A stretch of DNA of 63,784 nt, the filler included, from Octopus bimaculoides (Eukaryota): assembly GCF_001194135.2 (NCBI RefSeq). It is 5 parts of 4 records of this genome, joined end to end, with 100 filler letters (N's around TTAATTAATTAA, not from the genome) between each part and the next. Parts side by side here need not be neighbours in the genome. Positions count along the whole stretch, not along the records: positions 28,856 to 40,800 come from NC_068988.1; positions 40,901 to 49,209 come from NC_069009.1; positions 49,310 to 62,332 come from NC_068998.1; 2 more parts are not named here. One strand, written 5' to 3'. Positions within the stretch are counted from its first letter, which is position 1. Every line of letters starts with the position of its first letter. Shown piece by piece: positions 37,255 to 49,369 of the stretch. The notes under the pieces were generated by a model. That model was not told the origin of the DNA, ran no database searches, and was given only the letters and a program-made list of their open reading frames with translations. Made by a program: the position numbers and the translations under genes.

Positions 37255-38554
37255 TACGATGGTCTTCTTACAACATATGCATATGTACATATACATATAT
37301 ATATACTTAGGTTATGGTAGATGAGTTCAGCAAAAATTTAGATTCGAGTGAATATGGTACTTAAGTTTAGGCACCAGAATTTAGTACAGTATTATCCATA
37401 CCAATTTCAAAGTAAGGTGATTAAAATCAAAATAAGCATCAAGGATATCCAGTACGACCGTTTCATGCAACTCCATTTAATTCAACAATGTAATGATTAA
37501 ATCAATTTAAAATGCAGGGCAATCTTCAGCTGCACAATGAGATAGAATTTAAATTAGAACAGATGGACACATTAGTATAATGATACCTAAAATCTCCCAG
37601 AGGTTAGGGAAACAGACAGAGAACATCTTGCTTTAGTCACACCATGGAAGCTAATAAATAAAATGTCAAAGAAGATTCTGCCTGTCACTGATATTTTTTG
37701 TTTTTTTTTTAGTTTAGATTTATAGACTATCATATCAAAAACTTGTATATCTAAAGCTTAACAGAATAAAGGGCATTATCTATTAGGGGTAGGGGTGATA
37801 GAGCAGACAGAAGTCATAAACTCATGAGGTTTGGTAAAGGAAAACTTAAGGAAAACTTAAAACAAGATGTTAGCTGACAACTAAGGGGTCACCCACCCAC
37901 TAGCAGACTATTGATAATGAAACAGGGGAAGTCCTATCATGTAGTACTATAGTTAACAGTATTAAAACAATGTTGCTATACTAGCTAAAATCAATAAAAG
38001 ACTGATGTCTAGTATCAGTTAAAAGAATATTAAATTATGGAACATTCAACATTTTACACTAATCTTTCCATATATAAATTAAGGGATTATTTTATAGGTT
38101 TAAGAGTTAAAGAAGTTATTAGTTTTACTCCTTACATGGAATTTACAGTTTCTTGGTAGAACTTGTTTAAAAGGGTTATTTATATAAAGGCTTATATAAA
38201 ATACTAGGACAAGGAGGGTAGAGCCATTTAAGAAAGAGAAAAATCAAGTAACCTCCAAAGATCATTTAAAAACTATATTGTCTTATTGTACAGAGTTAAA
38301 ATTCAGGATAATCAAGAAGATTATTAATATTGAAATTTTAACAAAATGATAAAATAAAACTTCTATGAATATTAAGAGTATATACGAAAATATTTTTTTA
38401 CCACAATGGAGGGAGGAAAATGAAATAGTTTAATATTTACTTACTTATTACCTATCTAAATATTAACTTGTTATATGATTACTATAAAGATTGTTCAATT
38501 GGATTTGGCCATGTGTGTGTGTGTCTCTCTCTACATCTGTATGCATATACGCAT

Positions 38555-38745
38555 CTTTTATCTTTTAGTTGTTTCATTCTGTAGCCTATGGCCATGCTGG
38601 GGCACCGCCTTGAATTTGTAGTCGAATGAATCAATCTCAGTTCTTATTTTGTAAGCCTGGTACTTATTCTATCGGTCTTTTTTGCCGAACTGTTAAGTTA
38701 CGCGGACGCAAACACACGAACACCGGTTGTTACGTGGTAATGGGA
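38555..38745 (-). mobile_element. SINE family A tail (copy 2 of local duplication)
   Basis: Nearly identical to 36870-37060, including non-SINE flank. Confidence 0.8.
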
Positions 38746-39183
38746 AAAACAGACATAGACACACACACACACACACACACANNNNNNNNNNNNNNNNNNN
38801 NNNNNNNNNNNNNNNNNNNNNNNNNNNNNNNNNNNNNNNNNNNNNNNNNNNNNNNNNNNNNNNNNNNNNNNNNNNNNNNNNNNNNNNNNNNNNNNNNNNN
38901 NNNNNNNNNNNNNNNNNNNNNNNNNNNNNNNNNNNNNNNNNNNNNNNNNNNNNNNNNNNNNNNNNNNNNNNNNNNNNNNNNNNNNNNNNNNNNNNNNNNN
39001 NNNNNNNNNNNNNNNNNNNNNNNNNNNNNNNNNNNNNNNNNNNNNNNNNNNNNNNNNNNNNNNNNNNNNNNNNNNNNNNNNNNNNNNNNNNNNNNNNNNN
39101 NNNNNNNNNNNNNNNNNNNNNNNNNNNNNNNNNNNNNNNNNNNNNNNNNNNNNNNNNNNNNNNNNNTATATATATATATATAT

Positions 39184-40186
39184 CTGTAAATAATATGTGA
39201 CAATTATTCGGTAGCCATGATAAAACTCCAAGTTTCGAATATCGGGGCGAAACTCACGCCCCCATCTCTTCGCCATCGAAAAAATGCTATGAAAATGACA
39301 ATGGGAAATTACTGTGTGATTGACCGTTATTAAGACAAAAGAGCTATTATTAGACTGACCGCTAAGTGAGGGGAGGGAGTAAAGGTAAGGGAGTAAAAAT
39401 GTCTATAGTATTTGCGTAAGCCCACCAGTCCATACATACACATACGCGCCCGCACACCCTCGTAAATGCACCTATATGTATATACTCATCCACCCTCACT
39501 TGAAACACACACATGTTCACCCACACATTCGCCAAAAAATATATACATAACCGCATACACGCTCGCACACACACACGCGCAGATAAAAGGTTCATACACA
39601 CGTCTATATACGCACATGCACAAGTAAAAACAGGGCTAGAGGCAAAATACAAAAAAAAAAATGTAAAAATAGCAATAAGAGTAAAACACGTCTATATACG
39701 CTCATACCCGCACACACGCCCACATCCACAATCGCGCACAAAAGGTCACATATACACGTCTATATACGCACAGGAAAAATGGAAGGTGGAAGGTAGAATA
39801 CAGAAAAATATGTGTAAAAAATATATGAGCAATAAACCTATAAAACAATATCTCTATAAATATGCAAAAAATATTTAAAATATATAAGAAATATAAGTAA
39901 AAAGTATAGAGAGATAAAAAGCTTGTACGTGGACACAATATAGAAAGCAAGTCCTATCTGTAATCTCGAGGGAGAGGCAAAAACGTAACAAATATTTAGT
40001 CACATGTGGATATGATCCGAAAAGTTCAGTTCTTGAATTTAGACATGTGGCGGGGTCTAAGCTGCTTTTGCAGATGAGCAATCTTTCCACGTCATAAAGG
40101 CCGCACTTTCCGCTGCCGTTGGTGTAGGGCTTACACTTGGCTAAGATCTTCCAATGGATGTTGTAACTGACAGCTTTGTCTTTTAA
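39184..40186 (-). mobile_element. Penelope-like element 3' fragment (GIY-YIG C-terminus, UTR, degenerate hammerhead)
   Basis: 39985-40186 translates LKDKAVSYNIHWKILAKCKPYTNGSGKCGLYDVERLLICKSSLDPATCLNSRTELFGSYPHVTKYLL. This matches the WKI....PY......C.LC..E.......LN.R.E....C.H..K.LL pattern of PLE endonuclease ends. Confidence 0.75.
39217..39276 (-). ncRNA. Degenerate hammerhead motif, same family as 18232-18290
   Basis: Minus strand reads GCGAAGA-gat-GGGGCG...CGCCCC-gatattc-GAAAC-ttgga-GTT-ttatcatggctaccgaataattgtcacatattat. The 3' tail matches 18287-18320. The core CTGA is mutated to GCGA. Confidence 0.45.
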
Positions 40187-40189
40187 GGG

Positions 40190-40257
40190 CCACTACGCCA
40201 TATGCCCGTGGGATTATGGCGTAGTGGTTAAGAGCGCGGGTTACTAACCCCAAGATT
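40190..40257 (+). mobile_element. tRNA-derived SINE head, truncated by a gap, preceded by an inverted copy of its start
   Basis: TATGGCGTAGTGGTTAAGAGCGCGGGTTACTAACCCCAAGATT (A box and anticodon-arm-like region); CCACTACGCCATA at 40190-40202 is its reverse complement. Confidence 0.6.
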
Positions 40258-40299
40258 NNNNNNNNNNCACACACACACACACACATATATATATATACA

Positions 40300-40779
40300 T
40301 ATTTAATGATGGACCAACCGAGATTAAAAAACGTGATAATTGTATACCTTGAATTTGAAAATACGCAACCCAGACAGGTGAATAAAAATGGCCCAATTTT
40401 GCTCCACGACAATGCACGTCCTCACACTCATCAAGCTACGGTCCAAAAGTTGCAGAGCCCAAATTATGAGATTTTGCCACCACCTCCATATTCCCCTGAT
40501 TTGTCTCCTATTGATCATCAGTTATTTAAGCATTTTGAGCTTTTCATAAGCAATAAAACATTCTTAAATAGAGAAGAGGTAATTGAAGCATTAGGGCAGT
40601 TTATCACAACAAAAGATGAATTTTTATTAAAGATGGAATATATGACACAGAGAAGCGTTGGGCAAACGTCATAAATGAACGTGGATCATAACTTGATCAA
40701 ATAAATCAGTTCTCTAACACTTCTCACACTTTTATTATTACCTTTCAAATACGACATTTCATGTGAAACAACCTAATAT
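40300..40779 (+). mobile_element. Mariner transposase C-terminal fragment with 3' TIR
   Basis: PILLHDNARPH...KLQ..YEILPPPPYSPDLSPIDHQLFKHFELF. Ends tttcatgtgaaacaacctaata followed by TA. Confidence 0.9.
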
Positions 40780-40900
40780 ATATATATATATATATATATA
40801 NNNNNNNNNNNNNNNNNNNNNNNNNNNNNNNNNNNNNNNNNNNNTTAATTAATTAANNNNNNNNNNNNNNNNNNNNNNNNNNNNNNNNNNNNNNNNNNNN

Positions 40901-40950
<50 letters not shown>

Positions 40951-41064
40951 GTATATATGTGTATGTGTCTCTTTGTCATACTCTAACCATTCATCCTCTG
41001 ACACAAGTTTCCCTCTTCAAATGCCCTTCCCCTCGCATAATCCCTTGTCTTGTGAGTTACTTTG

Positions 41065-41366
41065 TTACCCTGCCAGTACTGGTGCCATGTGAAAAGCATC
41101 CAGTCCACACTGTAACGTGGTAGGCATTTGGAAGGGGTGCATCCAGCTGTAAAAATCATGCTGAAACTAACCTCACCTGTGCTAGTACCATGTAAAAAGC
41201 ACTGAGTCCACTCTGCAGAGTGGTTGGTGTTAGGAAGGGCGTCCAGTCATAAAATCCCTGCCAAAATAGACACGGTAGCCGAGGTTAGTTTTGCTACCTG
41301 GCCACCTCCTGTCAACCATCCTATCCATGCATGCATGGAAGATGGACATTAAACAATGACAATGAT
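41065..41366 (+). mobile_element. RTE-type LINE 3' UTR fragment
   Basis: gtggttggtgttaggaagggc.tccag...ccatgc..gcatggaagatggacattaaac with a (gat)-like tail. Confidence 0.65.
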
Positions 41367-41384
41367 AATATATACCATCCACAT

Positions 41385-41700
41385 TACTTAACATCCACTT
41401 CCATGCTGGCATGGGTTAGATGGATTGATTGTAACTGGTAAACTGGAGGGCTGCACCAAGTTCCTGTCTGATTTGGCATGGTTTCTTTGTTTGGATGCCC
41501 TTCCTAATGCCAACCATTCCAAGAGTGTAATGGGTGCTTTTTACGTCCCACCTGCATGGGTGTCATTTACATGACAGCAGCAACAGCCATGACTATGATT
41601 TCACTTGGCTTAATGGGTCCTCTCAAGCACCACATATTGCCAAAGGTCTCAGTCACTTGTCACGGCTTCAGTGAGGCCCAGTATTTGAAGACCATACTCC
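41385..41700 (-). mobile_element. RTE-type LINE 3' end
   Basis: Reverse-complement 3' UTR plus ORF2 end (..TSD.DLWQYVVLERT-like, at gtgcttgagaggacc). Confidence 0.7.
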
Positions 41701-41867
41701 AGCAACAGCCATGATTACAATTTGATGGATGCCATTTACTTGACACAAGCAACAGCCATGACTATGATTTCATATCTAAAGAAATCAATGCCATGAATGC
41801 TAATAGGGGTCCAGGAAGAAAGTATGAACCTAAAGATAGAACAAAAGAATACCCTCAGTGTAGATAA

Positions 41868-42305
41868 TCATCATCATCATCGTTTAACGTCCACTTTCCA
41901 TGCTAGCATGGGTTGGATGATTTGACTGAGGACTGGTGAAACCAGATGGCTACACCAGTCTCCAATCTGATTTGGCAGAGTTTCTACAGCTGGATGCCCT
42001 TCCTAACGCCAACCACTCAGAGAGTGTAGTAGGTGCTTTTACGTGTCACCCGCACGAAGGCCAGTCAGGTGGTACTGGCAACGGCCACGCTCAAAATGGT
42101 GTATTTTATGTGCCACCCACACAAGAGCCAGTCCAGGGGCACTGGCAACGATCTCGCTCAAAAATCCTTACACATGTCACAGGCACAAGTGCCAGAAAGG
42201 TGACGCTGGGCACAGGTGCCATCCTAATTTCGCTTTCGCTTGCCCCAGTAAGTCTTCGCAAGCTGAGTTTCGTGTCCAATGAAGGAGACGACGTTGGCAT
42301 GGGTG
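41868..42305 (-). mobile_element. RTE-type LINE 3' UTR with (GAT)n tail
   Basis: catcatcatcatcgtttaacgtccactttccatgctagcatgggttggatg...ctggatgcccttcctaacgccaaccact. Confidence 0.8.
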
Positions 42306-42329
42306 CTAGTCATCGAATTTAGTGTGGTT

Positions 42330-45300
42330 ACAAACATGTTAAAGACAAGAGTCCAACTGCAGGAAAAGTTTGTGACAAATGCAGTGGTTTGCCAGCATGG
42401 GTAAAACTAGAATACCATCTAGGCATGACGGATAACACACTAAAGAGAGAAAACAAACACTGTTGATAATTCTGAAGAAATTGAAGAATTTGAGGAATTA
42501 TTCATTAGACATATGGCCACTGATGAAAGCTGGTATGAGACTTTATTAATCAACAGGAAACCAGTGAAGTCAAACTGGATACAGGTACACAGTGCAATAT
42601 CATTTCCAAATCAATGTTCAACAGTTTGAATTTGAAGAATAAGGAATTGTCAAGATCAAAAGTGAAACGTGTGTCATATTTCGGAGAAAAGCGATTCCTG
42701 CTTGGACAAATAGAACTATCAGTATCAAGTGAACTCAGTGGCACTTCGAATGAAATACTAAGCCAAGTTGTGGAGGAAAACTACCCAAGTATATTGAGAA
42801 GAAAAACCTGTGAGAAATTGAAGTTGGTTCAGTGAGTTGACAACATTCAGAAAGTGAATAGACATACTGAAAGAATATCCAGAGCTGTTCCAAGGGCTCG
42901 GATGCATGCGGAGAGAATACCACTTAGTATTAGTGAACAAAATCACACCCATGGTACTGCCACCAAGGAAAGTGCCTGCTGTCTTGATGGAAAAGATGCA
43001 AGCAGAACTTGATGAAATGACCAAGCTTGGAGTTGTCATCAAAGAGACTCAACCCACAAACTGGGTTAATAACATGGTGACAGTAGTGAAACCAAACAAG
43101 ATTAGGATCTGTATAAACCCTAAAGATCTCAATCCTGCCATAAAAAGAGAACATTATCCTATGAGAACTATTAAGGAAATTATGTTATGAATGCCAGGTG
43201 CCAACTTGTTCTCTGTTCTTGACAGAGGGTCTGGGTTTTGGCAGATACAACTTTATGAAAGCAGTTTCAAGTTGTGTACCTTCAATACCCCGTTCAGTAG
43301 ATACCGGTGCACTCAACTACCTTTCGGAGTGAAGCCGGCACTGGATGTATTTCAGAGAACAATGTCACAGATCCCAGAAAGTTTATCAATTACAGAATGT
43401 ATCATTGATGACATTTTGGTGTGGTGGGTACAGATGTTAAGCAACATGATGAAAGACTGCATGCTGTTCTGAACAGAATACAATCGAGTGGCCTGAAATT
43501 GAATGCAAAGAAATGCACGATCAGAATGATGGTGGTTATATATGAAGGGCATCTTCTCACTGGAAAGAGACTGAAGCCAGATCCTGAAAAGGTGAAGGCT
43601 ATCCGAGGAATGCCAGAGCCTGAAAAGGTGAAGGCTATCCGAGGAATGCCAGAGCCTGAAAANNNNNNNNNNNNNNNNNNNNNNNNNNNNNNNNNNNNNN
43701 NNNNNNNNNNNNNNNNNNNNNNNNNNNNNNNNNNNNNNNNNNNNNNNNNNNNNNNNNNNNNNNNNNNNNNNNNNNNNNNNNNNNNNNNNNNNNNNNNNNN
43801 NNNNNNNNNNNNNNNNNNNNNNNNNNNNNNNNNNNNNNNNNNNNNNNNNNNNNNNNNNNNNNNNNNNNNNNNNNNNNNNNNNNNNNNNNNNNNNNNNNNN
43901 NNNNNNNNNNNNNNNNNNNNNNNNNNNNNNNNNNNNNNNNNNNNNNNNNNNNNNNNNNNNNNNNNNNNNNNNNNNNNNNNNNNNNNNNNNNNNNNNNNNN
44001 NNNNNNNNNNNNNNNNNNNNNNNNNNNNNNNNNNNNNNNNNNNNNNNNNNNNNNNNNNNNNNNNNNNNNNNNNNNNNNNNNNNNNNNNNNNNNNNNNNNN
44101 NNNNNNNNNNNNNNNNNNNNNNNNNNNNNNNNNNNNNNNNNNNNNNNNNNNNNNNNNNNNNNNNNNNNNNNNNNNNNNNNNNNNNNNNNNNNNNNNNNNN
44201 NNNNNNNNNNNNNNNNNNNNNNNNNNNNNNNNNNNNNNNNNNNNNNNNNNNNNNNNNNNNNNNNNNNNNNNNNNNNNNNNNNNNNNNNNNNNNNNNNNNN
44301 NNNNNNNNNNNNNNNNNNNNNNNNNNNNNNNNNNNNNNNNNNNNNNNNNNNNNNNNNNNNNNNNNNNNNNNNNNNNNNNNNNNNNNNNNNNNNNNNNNNN
44401 NNNNNNNNNNNNNNNNNNNNNNNNNNNNNNNNNNNNNNNNNNNNNNNNAGATCCTGAAAAGGTGAAGGCTATCCGAGGAATGCCAGATCCTGAAAAGGTG
44501 AAGGCTATCCGAGGAATGCCAGATCCTGAAAAGGTGAAGGCTATCCGAGGAATGCCAGAGCCTGAAAAGGTGAAGGCTATCCGAGGAATGCCAGAGCCTG
44601 AAAACAAAACAGGTCTGATGAGGTTCCTTGGTATGATAGATTAACTGGGAAAGTTCATGCCAAATCTCTCCAGTGAAACTGCAGCTCTACAAGAGCTATT
44701 GCTGAAGGACATTGTATGGCACTGGGAAGGAAGACAGCAAATATGTTTCAAGAATTTGAAACAAAGAGTGACAGAGATTCCAGTGTTACAGTACTTTGAT
44801 GTTACAAAGCCAGTAATGTTATCAGTTGATGCAAGCACCCAAGGGTTAGGAGCAGTATTGACGCAAGCTGACAAGCCTGTAGCATTTGCTTTGGGGTCAT
44901 GGACAAATGCACAAAAGAAGTATGTGCAGATTGAGAAAGAGATGCTAGGTATCCTACATGGATGTGAGAAGTTTCATCAGTACATCTATGGGAAAACAGT
45001 TCAAGTAGAAACTGATCACAAACCCCTTGAAATGATATTTCAGAAACCCTTGTGTAGAGCTCCTCAGAGGTTGCAGAGAATGTTGCTGCGTCTACAGAAA
45101 TATGATGTTCAAGTTACCTACAGACCCAGCAAAGAAGTGATTGTTGCAGATGCTTTGAGCTACCCATATCTTCAAGCCAGTAATAATTGGTTTGATGAAA
45201 CTGAGTATGACGTGGACCTAATACCACAACTGCTGATGACCCCAGGGAAGTTGAGCGAATTCAGGATTGCTACAGCAAATGACCCACAATTGCAACAGCT

Positions 45301-46300
45301 GAAATCAGTGATTAAGTGCAGATGGTTAGAAAACAGAAATTATGCCCCAGGAAGTGTGAGAGACTACTGGAATATTTGAGATGAACTGACCTCATCTTCA
45401 ATGCTGACAAAGTTGTAGTTCCTGCAACACTACAAACAGAATTGTTGAAGAGAATTCATGATACTCATTTCAGAGTGACAAAGTGCATAATCAGAGCGAA
45501 ATATGCTATCTTCTGGCAAGGAATGACTGAACAAACTGAAGAATTTGTATCACAATGTTCTGTGTGCAATGAGAACAAAAAGAATAATCTGAAACAACTG
45601 TTGAAGAGCCATGAAATTCCTGATCGACCATGGGCCAAAGTTGGAGCCAACTTGTTTGTGTACAAGAATAATGACTACCCGGTGTGTCTGGAATATTTTT
45701 CAAAGTATCCTGAAAGTGTGAAATTGTGTGACCTATCAAATAAAATGACAATCAGAGCAGCGAAATCTGTCTTTGCCAGATGGGCTCATGACAGGTAACG
45801 GACGGCAGTTTACAAATACAGAGTTCCTGCTAATGAGTAGGTGCCTGAAGATTCGCTTACCTGTGTCCGATGCCTTGGGTTACAGGACCAGAAACCGCTA
45901 CATGACCAACAGAAAGCATCTCAAGTACGGCAAAAGAATTACTACGACGGGGGTAAATAGAGAGTTACGTCCCTTGACAGCAAATCAGGATTCAAGAAAA
46001 CCAGTCATGGAAGCCCGGAATTGTCAAATCATTTAATGACGCACCAAGATCTAACAACATAACCACGTCAGAAGGAAGACAGTATCGACAAAATCGCTGT
46101 CATCTGTGGACAGATACTGAGAACCCCACAGTTCAGACATATTGAGAATGTGAAGAGACTATGAATTGTCATACATCTGAGTTCGAAACTACAGACACCG
46201 TCTGGAACCAAACTAAGAGATCCAGACAGAAAATCAACATGTCGGAACGATATCGAGATTTAATATCAGGAACTGTTGAATTCAAGAAGTGTTCAATGAA
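42330..46300 (+). mobile_element. Decayed Ty3/gypsy LTR retrotransposon pol (protease, RT, RNase H, partial integrase)
   Basis: Protease KLDTGTQCNII near 42575. RT motifs KIRICINPKDLN, FSVLDRGSGFWQI, LPFG and CIIDDILV. RNase H motifs LSVDASTQGLGAVL, IEKEMLGI and ETDHKPLE. Integrase HHCC-like IHDTHF...CSVC and PDRPWAKVG. Multiple stops and frameshifts; LTRs not confidently placed. Confidence 0.93.
43577..44604 (+). repeat. 36-bp in-frame minisatellite (PDPEKVKAIRGM)n inside gypsy pol
   Basis: Unit ccagatcctgaaaaggtgaaggctatccgaggaatg (GAT/GAG variants). About 2 copies are visible before the 787-N gap and about 4 after it. Confidence 0.9.
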
Positions 46301-47570
46301 AAAGAGAGATTCATGAACAGTGTTAAATGTCGAATTTGAAGTTAAACAAATTGAAATGTGTTAATTTAACTACACGTCAAGATATGCACACAAAAGTATG
46401 ACGTCACGAGTTCATGTGTACGACGATGTAAATACATACACAGTAATGGCTGCAACCGGTGTCGTGTCATAATGGACATTTGTCAATTATTACCGGTTCG
46501 TTAATAAATAAATATGCTATTGATTTGTCTTGTTATCAATTCTGCATCATTATTACTTTTCAGACAATCAGTGCTGGACAATAGAATTGATATCCATCTC
46601 TGATCAGCAATATAAAAAGTTTTCAATTACCGATGTTCACCTTAATTGTATTAAATAACCTTATTATATATCTTACCTGTTACTACTATATAAACCAGTG
46701 TTTAGTGAAATCTTTTTTTAAGTACACCAAATTTCCCTTCCTACGGCAATGTGATTCGACCGCGACTAACATCTGACAACAAAAACTCATTCGGAAACAC
46801 AAAAGGCGAAATGTATTTAGTTTCCCCTGATATACGCTGCTAGATGAATATTAATATTTCTAAAAATACCGCTAGATGAATATTAATATTTCTAAGAATG
46901 TTTCATATCTGCTACATCTTATAGATTTATTATTGTGTTGGAAGTTACAATAGAAACTAGTAACCTTTGTGAATATGTTTCTGAAGAAGAAAAAAGCCAT
47001 CGACCAGGTTCTGAACGTGTTCGAAAGACAAATAAAATACTACTCATATATTCAATGTATTTCTCGAACGGAAGCTTAAAACAAAACCGATGAATGGCGA
47101 AAATCCAGATGACAACTTCATGGCACTTCGTTTTGTTTTCTTTTCCAAGCCGTGTTTTGTAATGTCTTTCGTAAAATTCCAGTTGCTCAATGGAATAAAA
47201 CCGCAAAATAAAGATATTGGACATAATTTAGAGAAACATTGAGGACGAAATATTTATGAAGAAATACAAGTTCTTTATCTAGCAGTGTATAATGAATTAA
47301 TCACTGATTTAAATGATTAATTGAATGTATAATATAATTAGTAGTGAATATGCACGATGCCTTCACGACTTACCCAAGTAAACAATGTCGGTTTGTTTAA
47401 TTAATTGTATGATATAATAAGCTTTAAATATGTTGCCTTCTTCCTACTCACCCAGCTATAATAATGCATCAATTACCAATGGTCTTCTTCGCGCAGTTAA
47501 GCGGTATTGTATATCGATATTACACCTTAAAAATAACTCCATTAGATCTAAGAGAGTACAGCACAATTGT

Positions 47571-48518
47571 GGGCATAACTACAGAGTTGTACCCCCTCCC
47601 CCACCGACTTTGGAAGGTCATAAATGAATGTTTTTTAATGAAATCTTCTATGCATATATTATTTATTATGTAGATTCCGAATATACAAAAGTTTTCGGTG
47701 AAAGTGTTTTGGAATGGGGGTGGGGGACAATTTTGTGAAATTCCAACAGAGTCCACTTAAATTCCTCTTAACTTCCAGGAAAATGAATATTTTTTCGTGA
47801 ACTTTTCTACAAATATACCTTGATGTATGTACATTTCGAGCATGTAGGAATTTTGAAGGAAACAACTGCAGGTTATTTTTGAGAAGTGTTCCCCACTCGG
47901 TGGTGTTTCGGAGCAAATCATCTATAATTGTTTCATTTTCCTCTATTATGTGCGTATGTGCATCCGTAGATTTCTAATGAAGTAATACGCTGCTTCTGTT
48001 CTCTTCTACTTCTCTACTAGAAACGTTTACTTTCGAGTTTACTTCTATTGAGAAAAAAAAATCGTGTGCATGTTATTTTAAACGTAAGTTTTCTTATGAC
48101 GGCTTCACTTTTCTGCGTATTACTTCATTAGAAAATGAGAAAAATGAAACAATTATGGACGACTTGCTCCGAAACACCACCGAGTGGGGAACACTTCTCA
48201 AAAATAACCTGCAGTCGTTTCCTTCAAAATTCCTACATGCTCGAAATGTACATACATCAAGGTATATTTGTAGAAAATGTCACGAAAATATATTCATTTT
48301 CCTGGAAGTTAAGAGGAATTTAAGTGGACTCTGTTGAAATTTCCGAAAATTGTCCCCATCCCCCATTCAAAAACACTTTCACCGAAAATTTTTGTATATT
48401 CGGAATCTACATAATAATTAATATATGCATAGAAAATTTCATTAAAGAATATTCATTTTTCTGAAAGTTATGACCTTCCATAGTCGGTGGGGGGGGGTAT
48501 AACTCTGTAGTTATGCCC
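47571..48518. mobile_element. Large foldback element / MITE with about 400-bp inverted arms
   Basis: Left arm 47571 to about 47990 (GGGCATAACTACAGAG...) is the reverse complement of the right arm, about 48115 to 48518 (...CTCTGTAGTTATGCCC), at high identity. The spacer is about 125 bp. No clear TSD. Confidence 0.9.
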
Positions 48519-48984
48519 AATTTTGTAGATATAGGGAATATATTCGAAGAAAAAAAAATACTTACAACGACATTCTACTTTCAAGCGTGACTTTTCTGTT
48601 TAATTACAATTTGATTAACTAATTGTTCAACATATTTAATACTAGGAAAGAAGAATGAGAATGGGAGCGTGAGGCATTTTTGACAGGGAAAAGTATATTT
48701 TTTATTACATTTTACTACCTTAAATAACCATATCAGCTAAGCGCATGACTTTTTCTTAATAATTAAAAACATTATAACCTATTCCAGAAACTATTACAGA
48801 AAATATTTCCGTCCTCTCTGAGCATATCAAAGGTATTTAGATGGGGCAAAATGAGTAATAGTGGATAAGGTAAATTTGTTTCTATTATTCTACAGAATAA
48901 CATTTGGCAAAACACTCACACACAACAAGGTTCTTCCTTAGATATCAGAAACATGAGAAATCAACCAAAATTAAAGAAAATCTT

Positions 48985-49130
48985 TACTCTTTTACTCGTT
49001 TCAGTTATTTGCCTGCGGCCATGCTGGAGTACGGTCTTTTAGCCGAGCAAATCGACCCTTTATAAGCCTGGTACTTATTCTCTTCTCTTTTGCCGAACCG
49101 CAAACACACCAACATTGGTTGTCAAGTGAG
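48985..49130 (-). mobile_element. SINE family A tail
   Basis: gcggccatgctggag...aagcctggtacttattc...ttttgccgaaccg. Confidence 0.7.
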
Positions 49131-49159
49131 GGGGGCGGGGAAATAGATACATGAATATA

Positions 49160-49209
49160 TGTTGTTGTTGTTGTTGGCGCTCCGTCGCTTACGACGTCGA
49201 GGGTTCCAG
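49160..49209 (-). mobile_element. 3' tail of the same SINE family as 12228-12608
   Basis: Reverse complement of ctggaaccctcgacgtcgtaagcgacggag.gccaac(aac)n; the rest is lost in the gap. Confidence 0.75.
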
Positions 49210-49309
49210 NNNNNNNNNNNNNNNNNNNNNNNNNNNNNNNNNNNNNNNNNNNNTTAATTAATTAANNNNNNNNNNNNNNNNNNNNNNNNNNNNNNNNNNN
49301 NNNNNNNNN

Positions 49310-49369
<60 letters not shown>

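Noticed and set aside
46312-46565. 3' LTR of the gypsy element
   Set aside because: A purine tract precedes it, but there is no matching 5' LTR in the window and no TG...CA/TSD pair could be established.
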